In this document: positions 51,295 to 59,447 of the stretch, one piece after another
Layout of the letters: the number at the start of each line of letters is the position of its first letter
Position numbering within the stretch: the first letter of the stretch is position 1
Assembly (NCBI GenBank): GCA_016212215.1
Contig: JACRGV010000009.1
Span: 63 to 64,062, forward strand
Direction of reading: 5' to 3'
Origin: Nitrospirota bacterium
GTDB lineage: Bacteria > Nitrospirota > 9FT-COMBO-42-15 > HDB-SIOI813
Length of the DNA: 64,000 nucleotides
Program-made: the position numbers and the translations under genes
The notes under the pieces: generated by a model
The model's database searches: none
What the model saw: only the letters and a program-made list of their open reading frames with translations
Told to the model about the DNA's origin: nothing

Positions 51295-51410
51295 AACCCC
51301 CATCCCCACCCTAACCCTCCCCTTGAAGGGCAGGGAAATTTCCTCTCCCTCAGGGAGAGGATTAAAGCTTGCCCCCGAAGTAGTTATCGGGGGGGTGAGG
51401 GTGGGGTTTT
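51295..51410. repeat. BIME-like units (inverse-type)
   Basis: 'ccccatccccaccctaaccctccccttgaagggcaggg…ctctccctcagggagagg…gggggtgagggtggggtt'. Confidence 0.75.
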
Positions 51411-51431
51411 CTTTGCCCTTATATTAGAGGA

Positions 51432-51680
51432 GTGAAAATGGGTAACAATGTCTCCGACAAATTATCTATAATTGAAATCCTCGAAGAAGCCATCAAAAAA
51501 GAGCATGCATCCTGTGAGTTTTACAACAATGCTGCTTCTTCCGCTCTAAAACCTTCATCAAAAAAGATGTTCCATAAACTCGCAGAGATGGAGATGGGAC
51601 ATGCCAATGAACTTAAAAGGCACCTGTTAGATGTTGAGGCTCAGTTGCTCATTGACAAGGCTTTAACATCGAATTTCTGA
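51432..51680 (+). CDS. Small ferritin/rubrerythrin-like protein
   Basis: Two E-x2-H diiron-type motifs (EAIKKEH..., EMEMGHANE) in an 82-aa helical protein. Low confidence. Confidence 0.4.
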   Translation: MKMGNNVSDKLSIIEILEEAIKKEHASCEFYNNAASSALKPSSKKMFHKLAEMEMGHANELKRHLLDVEAQLLIDKALTSNF

Positions 51681-51682
51681 TA

Positions 51683-52040
51683 AACCCTCATGAGCGAGGC
51701 GCTCACAAAGGACAATGAAAACCCCACCCTCACCCTAACCCTCTCCCTGAGGGAGAGGGGGCTATGTTGATTCCCTCCCCTTCAAGGGGAGGGGTAGGGT
51801 GGGGATGGGGTTGATTTTTGGATGAACCGCCATGAGCCTTCGGCTCACAAAGGTACATGAAAATGAGGCCCCCTCACCCGGAGCCCCCCTCCTGCCTCCC
51901 CCCGCAAAGGAGGGGGGAGAAATTTGGTAGGAATTTAATTGCAGCTCTCCCGCCAGGGGAGAGGGATGCTAAGTTTTTCCCCCTCCCTTGACGGGAGGGG
52001 GTTAGGGGGAGGGTGAGCTATGGAGATTTTCGGATGAACT
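51683..52040. repeat. Composite BIME-like cluster (at least 5 units)
   Basis: Linker hairpins with compensatory stems (tgagcg-ag-gcgctca; tgagcc-ttc-ggctca). Ends with the 'gattttcggATGaa' module. Confidence 0.8.
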
Positions 52041-52076
52041 TTCAATTACTCAGCAAATCAACAATTCTAAGAGGAG

Positions 52077-53054
52077 GTGAGGAAGATGGATATTGAAAAG
52101 AGAGACCTTCTTCAGTTGTACTACTATCTTAAATTGACCCGGAGCGTTGAAAACCGTGTTACAGCATTATACCGGCAGGGAAAGATCCTTGGCGGGGTAT
52201 GGACCAGCAATGGTATGGAGGCCATATCTGTCGGATACTCATACGCCCTTGGGATTAATGATGTCATTGCACCATATTTCCGGGACATGGGGGCATACCT
52301 TGTAAGGGGCATAACCCCTAAAAGGATTTTTGCACAGTACTTAGGTAAGAAGACCGGCGTAACAGGCGGCAAAGAGGGAAATGTGCATGTCGGTGATATT
52401 AACCTGAATGTTCTGGGTTATCCGAGTCATCTTGCTGATAACTATCCTGTTGCAGTCGGGGTTGCCCTTTCATTTAAGGTTAGAAATGAAAAACGTGTTG
52501 TTGCCGCATGTACAGGAGATGGGGGCACAAGCAGGGGTGATTTCCATGAGGCATTGAATATGGCATCTGTATGGAAGGTGCCTGTAGTATTTTTCTGCAA
52601 TAACAATCAGTATGCCTATTCAACCCCATTGAAATTGCAGATGGCTATTGAAAATGTCGCTGACCGTGCATTGGCTTATGGAATCCCATCGGAGGTTGTG
52701 GATGGCAATGATGTTATTGCAGTGTATAATGCCGCAAAGAATGCTTATGATAGGGCACGGTCAGGTGAAGGGCCTTCCTTTATTGAATGTAAGACCATGC
52801 GTATGCACGGACATTCAGAACACGATGCAGCAAAATACGTCCCGCTGGAGCTTTTGGAAGAGTGGAAGAAAAAAGACCCTGTAATTAAAATGGAACATTA
52901 TTTAACAACTAACAAAATAGCAACACAAGAGGAGCTTTTGGTCTTGGACGAACGCATAAAAAATGAGATTCAGGCCGCAGAAGAGTTTGCTGAAAACAGC
53001 CCGCTTCCTGAAGGAAGGGATGCATTGGAAGGGGTGTATGCAACGGCATTGTAG
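52077..53054 (+). CDS. 2-oxoacid dehydrogenase E1 component alpha subunit (TPP-dependent; pyruvate / branched-chain / acetoin type)
   Basis: TPP-binding 'GDGGTSRGDFHEALNMASVWKVPVVFFCNNNQYA'. The phospho-loop-equivalent region is 'MRMHGHSEHD'. Confidence 0.8.
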   Translation: MRKMDIEKRDLLQLYYYLKLTRSVENRVTALYRQGKILGGVWTSNGMEAISVGYSYALGINDVIAPYFRDMGAYLVRGITPKRIFAQYLGKKTGVTGGKEGNVHVGDINLNVLGYPSHLADNYPVAVGVALSFKVRNEKRVVAACTGDGGTSRGDFHEALNMASVWKVPVVFFCNNNQYAYSTPLKLQMAIENVADRALAYGIPSEVVDGNDVIAVYNAAKNAYDRARSGEGPSFIECKTMRMHGHSEHDAAKYVPLELLEEWKKKDPVIKMEHYLTTNKIATQEELLVLDERIKNEIQAAEEFAENSPLPEGRDALEGVYATAL

Positions 53055-53140
53055 AGATGAGCGTAGGGGAGAAGTAAGAAGTTAGAAGTAAGAAGTTAGA
53101 AGCAAGAAGTAAGAAGTTAGAAGTAAGAAGGCTGAAGACT
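53055..53140. repeat. Heptamer tandem repeat (gtaagaa/gttagaa)n, about 11 units
   Basis: 'gaagtaagaagttagaagtaagaagttagaagcaagaagtaagaagttagaagtaagaaggctgaag', immediately after the E1alpha stop. Confidence 0.8.
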
Positions 53141-53289
53141 GGAGGTAGGAGTCCGGAACAAGATTTTTTAACTCAGACAGGACCATCTGTCATCCCCGAG
53201 TTCCTCTATCGGGGATATAGCTTATATAAAAACAGATTCCCGCTTAATGACTGCGGGAATGACAATAGAGGTACGAAAATTGGAGGGTT

Positions 53290-54261
53290 ATGGAGATTAC
53301 ATATCTTGAGGCAATACGGCAGGCTTTGGATGAAGAGTTAGCACGGGATAAGGATGTGTTTCTGCTTGGTGAGGATATTGGAAACTATGGTGGGGCATTC
53401 CGTGTTACAGAGGGGTTTTATGAGAAGTATGGGAGGTGGAGGATTATTGATACGCCGCTTTCTGAATAAGGCTTTACCGGCGCTGCGATAGGTGCGGCAT
53501 TGATGGGGATGAGACCGGTTGTTGAGATGCAGTTTGCAGATTTTATCTCCTGTGCCTTTGACCAGATTGTAAATGTGGCGGCAAAAAATTATTACAGGTG
53601 GGGAGGTAAAACACCAATGGTTATCAGGGCGCCTTTTGGAGGAAATGTACACGGCGGTGCATTCCACTCACAGTGTCCGGAAGGGTGGTTCTTCAATGTA
53701 CCGGGATTAAAGATCGTGGCCCCATCCAACCCTTATGATGCAAAGGGGCTTTTGAAATCTGCAATCAGGGATGATGACCCTGTTATATATTTTGAACACA
53801 AGTTTCTTTATCGCAGGATAAAAGGGGATGTCCCTGATAATGATTATGTAGTCCCCCTTGGAAAGGTAAATGTTGTAAGGGAAGGTGAGGATATTTCTAT
53901 AATAACTTATGGTGCAATGACGCACATTGCCTTAGAGGCATCAAAGACCCTTGGAGATGACGGGATAAGTGCAGAGATAGTGGATTTAAGGACACTTTTA
54001 CCGCTTGATAAAGAAGGAATTTATAAATCTGTTAAAAAGACCAACAAGGTCATTGTCCTGTATGAAACAGCAAAGACAGGCGGTATCGGCGCTGAGGTCT
54101 CAGCATTAATTGCAGAGGATATGTTTGAATACCTTGACAGCCCCGTAGTCCGCATCGCTGCACCCGATACACCGGTACCATTCAGTCCCCCATTAGAAGA
54201 ATTCTATCTGCCTAAGGCAGAAGATGTGGTGAAGGCCGCGAGGAGACTGGCAGCTTATTAA
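53290..54261 (+). CDS. 2-oxoacid dehydrogenase E1 component beta subunit, interrupted by an in-frame TAA at 53467-53469 (possible pseudogene, sequencing error or recoding)
   Basis: 53290-53466 encodes [59 protein letters not shown], the canonical E1beta N-terminus. After the TAA the same frame continues [25 protein letters not shown]... (transketolase-like Pyr domain) to 54261. Confidence 0.7.
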
Positions 54262-54332
54262 GCATAGGCTGAAGGCTGAAGGTAGAAGCAAGAGGCAAGA
54301 AGTTAGAAGTTAGATTGCTATATGATCTAAAA

Positions 54333-54380
54333 TTCCCTCCCCTTCAAGGGGAGGGTTAGGGTGGGGATGGGGTTGTTTTT
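54333..54380. repeat. REP/BIME-like unit upstream of E2
   Basis: 'ccctccccttcaaggggagggttagggtggggatggggttg'. Confidence 0.8.
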
Positions 54381-54382
54381 CA

Positions 54383-55723
54383 ATGCATGAAATAATAATG
54401 CCACAGATGGGTGAAAGCGTTGTTGAAGGGACGATATTAAAGTGGCTTGTTGATGAAGGTCAGCGAGTAGAGAAAGACCATCCCCTTGTTGAAATCAGTA
54501 CAGATAAGATTGACACTGAAATACCGTCACCTTTCTCAGGGATATTAAAAACCATAGTTCACAAGCAAGATGAGACCGTTCCTGTAGGGAAAGTTATTGC
54601 GTTTATTGAGGAATTTAAGGATGATGAAAAAATACCCCCTCCCCTTAATCCCCTCCCGCGAGGGGAGGGGAAATTAATGGTGCAAACGGGGGGAGAGGGT
54701 GCTAAGCTTATCTCACCTCCCTTGAGGGGAGTTCCTTCGTTTGTCCCCTCCCCCTTGACGGGGGAGGGCCAGGGTGGGGGTGAGCAAGAGCAAAGAAATA
54801 TATTTACCCCTCTCGTAAAACGCCTCTCCAGAGAATACGGTATTGACCTGGATGAGATTAATAAGATTACCGGTACAGGTGCAGGGGGCAGGATTACGAA
54901 AGATGATATTCTGGACTATGTTGAGAGAACCCAAAAGATGCCGCTTATTGCTATTGCAAAACCATCTCCTGTTGAGGCAATAAAACCTGAAACAAGAGAA
55001 GAGATTATTCCTTTGAGCAATAAGCGAAGGATCATTGCAGAGAGGATGGTTAAAAGTAAAACAGAGATACCTCATGTCACAACAACATTCGAAGCAGACC
55101 TGACAGGTATCACCCGATTCAGGTCTTTGAATAAAGACATCATATTAAAAGAACATGGTGTTCACCTCACCTTTCTTCCTTTTATTATTAATGCTGTTAC
55201 TTCAACGATCAGGAAGTATCCCATACTTAATGCTATGTGGAATGGAAATGAGATTATAATTAAAAAATATATAAATATCGGGATAGCTGTTTCATTGGAG
55301 GACGGCCTTATAGTCCCTGTTATTAAAGATGCTGATAAAAAGGGACTGGTAGAGCTTGCAAGAGAGAGCCAGGAACTCGCAAAGCGTGCACGAGAGAAGA
55401 ACCTCGGATTGGAAGACCTGCAGGATGGGACGTTTACTATCACTAACTATGGCATTGGAGGGAGTCTGTTTGGGACTCCAATAATTCTGCCGTCACAAAC
55501 AGCAATACTAGGAATCGGTGCAATTATGAAGAGGGCTGTTGTTATAGGTGATGCCATAGCAATCAGGGACATGGTTTATCTAAGCCTCTCATTTGACCAC
55601 CGCGTTATTGACGGTGCACAGGCTGACCGGTTCATGGCAGATGTTAAAGAAGATCTGGAAGGATGGAGAGGTAAGATTGAAAAGGTGTCTGCTGATGCGT
55701 CCGGGTTTGGTGGAGTATGGTAA
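54383..55723 (+). CDS. Dihydrolipoamide acyltransferase (E2) with lipoyl domain, PSBD and catalytic domain
   Basis: Lipoyl-Lys motif 'EISTDKIDTEI', PSBD 'PLVKRLSREYGIDLDEINKITGTGAGGRITKDDI', catalytic 'SLSFDHRVIDGA'. The linker (54636-54785) is encoded by GC-rich repeat units. Confidence 0.8.
   Translation: MHEIIMPQMGESVVEGTILKWLVDEGQRVEKDHPLVEISTDKIDTEIPSPFSGILKTIVHKQDETVPVGKVIAFIEEFKDDEKIPPPLNPLPRGEGKLMVQTGGEGAKLISPPLRGVPSFVPSPLTGEGQGGGEQEQRNIFTPLVKRLSREYGIDLDEINKITGTGAGGRITKDDILDYVERTQKMPLIAIAKPSPVEAIKPETREEIIPLSNKRRIIAERMVKSKTEIPHVTTTFEADLTGITRFRSLNKDIILKEHGVHLTFLPFIINAVTSTIRKYPILNAMWNGNEIIIKKYINIGIAVSLEDGLIVPVIKDADKKGLVELARESQELAKRAREKNLGLEDLQDGTFTITNYGIGGSLFGTPIILPSQTAILGIGAIMKRAVVIGDAIAIRDMVYLSLSFDHRVIDGAQADRFMADVKEDLEGWRGKIEKVSADASGFGGVW
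54636..54785. repeat. BIME-like units located INSIDE the E2 coding sequence (lipoyl-PSBD linker), in frame
   Basis: 'ccccctccccttaatcccctcccgcgaggggaggggaaa…ggggggagagggtgctaagc…cctcccttgaggggag…cccctcccccttgacgggggagggccagggtgggggtgagc', translated as PPPLNPLPRGEGK…GGEGAKLISPPLRGVPSFVPSPLTGEGQGGGE. Confidence 0.8.
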
Positions 55724-56342
55724 GGCATGGGATATCCAGAGAGAACTATTCTTTGCAAGGTCCAACAATGAGATTGAAGATACCTTAGTCCTGCTGCAGC
55801 ATCCCCCGACTTACACGTTCGGCCGTTCAAGTGAGCGTCCAAGTGAGATAGCACAACCGTTGCTCAAAGAGTCTCCTCAGAAAGGAGACGTTAATAGCGC
55901 ATCTATCTATTTTGTAGACAGGGGAGGAGGTGCTGCCTACCACGGGCCAGGCCAGATATTGGGGTATCCTATTCTATATTTAAAGTCTTACACCCCTGAT
56001 TTTCATACATACCTGAGGATGCTTGAAGATGTAATTATAAAAACCCTTAAAGACTTTCAGATTGAATCACAAAGGATAAATGGATATACAGGTGTGTGGG
56101 TGGATAACAAAAAAATAGGTTGTATCGGCGTCAGGATTATAAAGGGGTTCACTATGCATGGGTTTTCAATAAACGTAAACAATGACCTGAGTCCTTATGA
56201 AAAGATAATTCCATGCAATATTAAAGATGTAAAGATGATGTCTATTCAAGAAATTATTGAGAGAGTGCCGGATATATCAACTGTTGAGGAAAGAATAATA
56301 AGGAATTTTTCTGAAGTATTTCATGTAATGTTTGAGATATAA
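55695..56342 (+). CDS. lipB: Octanoyltransferase (lipoyl(octanoyl) transferase)
   Basis: LipB blocks 'LLQHPPTYTFG', 'RGGGAAYHGPGQ', 'KIGCIGVRIIKGFTMHGFSINV'. Start ATG 55695 is chosen within the longer track ORF (55593); it overlaps the E2 3' end by 29 nt. Confidence 0.75.
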   Translation: MRPGLVEYGKAWDIQRELFFARSNNEIEDTLVLLQHPPTYTFGRSSERPSEIAQPLLKESPQKGDVNSASIYFVDRGGGAAYHGPGQILGYPILYLKSYTPDFHTYLRMLEDVIIKTLKDFQIESQRINGYTGVWVDNKKIGCIGVRIIKGFTMHGFSINVNNDLSPYEKIIPCNIKDVKMMSIQEIIERVPDISTVEERIIRNFSEVFHVMFEI

Positions 56343-56557
56343 TATACAAAAAGGAGGATAGTGCCATGAAAAAGAAGCTAATAGTATTATCCCTGTTACT
56401 TTCAGGGATTACAGGTAGTTTTTTCATACCGCAAAAAGGCTATTCACAGACGGCCCCGGAGGCATCTTCAGTTTCTTAAGAAACAATTTCAAGGGATGCA
56501 GATGTTAATACAGAACTGCCGGCATCGGCAATCTTTTCTACAGGAGAGATTGAGGCT

Positions 56558-57019
56558 GTGCGTCAGCAATGGCTTGACCAGCGGGAGTTGATAGATTCAA
56601 TGGTTGATAATAGTCCGGCAAGTCCTGCAGGTCTTCCATTAAAGAAAGGCAGGGAGGTCAACCTGATTGACCCTGCTATAATGGAAATACCAAGTACGAT
56701 TACTATAAGCCGAAATAACAAAAATACCATTGCCAATGGTGCAGGAGGAAGTGTTCTTGCTGAACCTGCTGCTGCAAGCGAAGGGGCAGAAGTTTTTTAT
56801 ACAGGAAATAATTATGCATCATATTCTACAAATGGCGGCGCTATATGGGTTAATGTTCCTATACCGGCAGGTCCTGCCGATGCCTCGCTCCCATGCTGTG
56901 ATAATGATGTAATCCATGACAAAGGGCAGCAAGAAGTTAGAAGCAAGAAGTTAGAAGTAAAGATTGGCTGCCACTTCCCTATTTTTAGCTTTCCCCCCTC
57001 CATTGACGGGAGGGGTTAG
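56558..57019 (+). CDS. Hypothetical protein (possible 3' part of a disrupted secreted-protein gene beginning at 56366)
   Basis: The track ORF starts at GTG. It is in the same frame as the signal-peptide ORF 56366-56477, separated by a single TAA. The 3' end runs into a heptamer/GC-hairpin repeat. Confidence 0.3.
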   Translation: MRQQWLDQRELIDSMVDNSPASPAGLPLKKGREVNLIDPAIMEIPSTITISRNNKNTIANGAGGSVLAEPAAASEGAEVFYTGNNYASYSTNGGAIWVNVPIPAGPADASLPCCDNDVIHDKGQQEVRSKKLEVKIGCHFPIFSFPPSIDGRG

Positions 57020-57050
57020 GGGGAGGGTGAGCTATGGGTATTTCCGAGTG
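56990..57050. repeat. REP/BIME-like unit with GTG variant of the terminal start module
   Basis: 'ccccctccattgacgggaggggttagggggagggtgagctatgggtatttccgaGTGaaa'. Confidence 0.75.
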
Positions 57051-57320
57051 AAACATAAGATTATACATATCTCAATCTTATTCTCAATCTCAATCCTTAC
57101 CTTATTTTCCACCTCCTGCAATTATCAGTCAAAAGAAAAGAATGTTGATTCAATCAAAAATCTTCATAAACAAACAGAAGGCACTTATCCTTTAAATAAA
57201 GAAGAGATTAAACAGGATACAAATGTTGACTATGAGAAACCTGCCCCGCCTCTCACCCCTGAGGAAAGACAAAGATTAATTGACAGTACAGAAAAAGAAG
57301 ACAAGGACGATAAGAAATAG
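57048..57320 (+). CDS. Small lipoprotein (hypothetical)
   Basis: GTG start inside the repeat-terminal module ('tttccgaGTGaaa'). 'ILFSISILTLFSTSC' lipobox, followed by a low-complexity Lys/Glu-rich tail. Confidence 0.4.
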   Translation: MKHKIIHISILFSISILTLFSTSCNYQSKEKNVDSIKNLHKQTEGTYPLNKEEIKQDTNVDYEKPAPPLTPEERQRLIDSTEKEDKDDKK

Positions 57321-57363
57321 TAACTGGTACTGTAATTGCAGTAATTTAATAATGACTTTACTA

Positions 57364-57393
57364 ATTGACATGCTGTATTATGGGCATATATAA
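57364..57393 (+). promoter_or_regulatory. Near-consensus sigma70-type promoter (TTGACA-N18-TATAAT)
   Basis: ttgaca at 57364-57369, tataat at 57388-57393. Lies ~25 nt upstream of the 57419 gene. Confidence 0.5.
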
Positions 57394-57418
57394 TCTGTTC
57401 AACTTATTTCAGAATTAA

Positions 57419-58417
57419 TTGGGGTTATCAGTGAATAATAAGCTCCGGATTATACTCATCTTTTCTGTTTTTTATTTTGCTGTAAGTGTCGGTACCGCAT
57501 TCTGTTCTGAGATTGCTGTTATCAAAAGTCAGGATTTGCCTATTTATCAGCAGGCATTGGATGGCTTTAAGAAGATATATAGGGGAAAGGTAAGTGAGTA
57601 TGACCTGAAAGGCAGGCCGGATGAATCTGCTGATATTATTATCGCATTAAAGAAAGACCCTCCTGACCTTATACTTACGATTGGACTATATGCAGCTAGG
57701 ATGGCGAAAGAAAATTTTTCTCAAACTCCGGTTGTTTATTGCATGGTTTATGATCCGCTGCGTTTATCTCTGTCAGGGGGAAATATAACAGGAGTAAGTC
57801 TGGAAACCAATCCAATGGACACCTTTATGAGAATAAAGGATTTTTTCCCTTCATCAAAAAGAATAGGAGTTTTATTTGATCCGGTTAAATCCGGAAAGAC
57901 TGTGAATCAGGCTATGATTGCTGCTCAAAGGTCAGGCTTAACACTTATAGCAGAAGAGGTAACATCTGAAAAACAGATTCCGGATGCGCTCAGGGCTATT
58001 CAGCATAAAATAGATCTCCTCTGGATGATTCCCGACAGCACTGTTGTTACAGCAGAATCCATTGACTTTATATTTTTGACTGCCCTTGAAAACAACACCC
58101 CTGTAATATCCTTTTCAGATGAAATGGTAAGGAAGGGGGCTGTTATGGCAATTTTACCTGATTATCATTCAGTTGGGGAACAGGCCGGCCGTCTGGCAAT
58201 TGATATTCTAAGGGGTAAGAGCCCGGCAAAGATTCCGGTGACCCTTTCAGAAAAGATACGGACATTGATTAATCCCGGCATTGCTAAAAAGATAGGCATT
58301 GAAATTAACGCAGACCATGTTCGTTCCACAAAGTCATACCGGATAGAGTTGTATACGCCGGAGACGAATGTAGGTAAAATCCAGCGGCAATCTAATACTA
58401 AGAAGATATATGAATAA
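57419..58417 (+). CDS. ABC-transporter-type periplasmic substrate-binding protein (PF04392-like, sensor-associated)
   Basis: Signal peptide plus a periplasmic-binding-protein fold. This family is typically found upstream of membrane sensors. Confidence 0.6.
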   Translation: MGLSVNNKLRIILIFSVFYFAVSVGTAFCSEIAVIKSQDLPIYQQALDGFKKIYRGKVSEYDLKGRPDESADIIIALKKDPPDLILTIGLYAARMAKENFSQTPVVYCMVYDPLRLSLSGGNITGVSLETNPMDTFMRIKDFFPSSKRIGVLFDPVKSGKTVNQAMIAAQRSGLTLIAEEVTSEKQIPDALRAIQHKIDLLWMIPDSTVVTAESIDFIFLTALENNTPVISFSDEMVRKGAVMAILPDYHSVGEQAGRLAIDILRGKSPAKIPVTLSEKIRTLINPGIAKKIGIEINADHVRSTKSYRIELYTPETNVGKIQRQSNTKKIYE

Positions 58418-59186
58418 ATATTCACTAAAAATAAAGATACTCATTCTCTCAGGTTTGGTAATAACAGCGGCCTGTGCAGTTCTTACATTCGTATCTTTTT
58501 ACCAAATCAGAAATACTATGAAGGAAAATTTTATTAACCAGGGGTTTAATCTGGCAAAGAACCTCGCACATAACAGTAGATACGGGGTTTATTCTGAAGA
58601 CAGGGTTATGCTTGAGGAATTAGTGCTTGGGGTACTGCAGGTCGAGGAGGTTATAAATGTCAGTATTTTAAATTCTGAAGGTAAACTTCTTATCCGGAAG
58701 GACATCTTAGGTTCAACATACAACAAGAAAAATGGATTAGTATCCACAACTCATTGGAAGAAGGTTATTGATTCAGAAACCCCTGTTAGTGAACTTGTTG
58801 CCTCAGGTAAGGGTGATGATATTTATTATTTTTATGTGCCGGTAACATCATCATGGATCCACGCAAGCAGTGTCCCTGAGTGGCTCCTTGAGGAAAACAA
58901 TATTTCAAAATCAAAGAATACGGGACTAATGAAGCTTGGTTTAGTGCAGATAGGGTTGTCCACGGCCCCTTTAAACAAACAGATCAGAAGGATTTTTCTT
59001 TTACTGTTCGGGCTTACCATCTTATGTGCAGGCGGAGCAGTCTGTTTGATATATCTTATTTATACGGCTTATGTCAGGCCGCTTGAAATACTGACTATAG
59101 CTGACCTTCAGTTTTCAGGAGATAACATCTCTAATCCTGTAGTCAACGAGGTCAGGGAAGAAGCAGGTGTACTCACCCATAAATAA
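58410..59186 (+). CDS. Membrane sensor N-terminal fragment (TM, periplasmic domain, TM, partial HAMP), truncated
   Basis: Ends 'YVRPLEILTIADLQFSGDNISNPVVNEVREEAGVLTHK*', i.e. mid-HAMP. No transmitter domain follows. Confidence 0.5.
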   Translation: MNKYSLKIKILILSGLVITAACAVLTFVSFYQIRNTMKENFINQGFNLAKNLAHNSRYGVYSEDRVMLEELVLGVLQVEEVINVSILNSEGKLLIRKDILGSTYNKKNGLVSTTHWKKVIDSETPVSELVASGKGDDIYYFYVPVTSSWIHASSVPEWLLEENNISKSKNTGLMKLGLVQIGLSTAPLNKQIRRIFLLLFGLTILCAGGAVCLIYLIYTAYVRPLEILTIADLQFSGDNISNPVVNEVREEAGVLTHK

Positions 59187-59361
59187 TCTTGCCTCTTTCA
59201 ATAAGAAAATATATAATCCTTCCACTTTGAAAAACCATTTCTCACACAAAGACACAAAGGGACTGAAAATTAAATTATCCTTCGACAGGCCTGTCCTGAG
59301 CGAAGCCGAAGGGCTCAGGATGACATCCATGGTGTCATGGTGAACCTGTCGAACCATGACA

Positions 59362-59447
59362 AGAAAATCAGCGGGACAAGAATGTCCCGCCTATCCTCAT
59401 AGATATGGATAGGCGGGGTTTTCTTACCCCGCCGGAGGGGGCGGATG
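59362..59447. repeat. Three-hairpin 75-bp module (copy 5) supplying the TonB receptor ATG
   Basis: 'cagcgggacaagaatgtcccgcctatcctcatagatatggataggcggggttttcttaccccgccggagggggcggATGaac'. Confidence 0.8.

Noticed and set aside
56964-57047. N-terminal part of track ORF 56964-57320 (MAATSLFLAFPPPLTGGVRGR…)
   Set aside because: It is encoded by the GC hairpin repeat. A GTG at 57048 followed by a lipoprotein signal is the plausible start.
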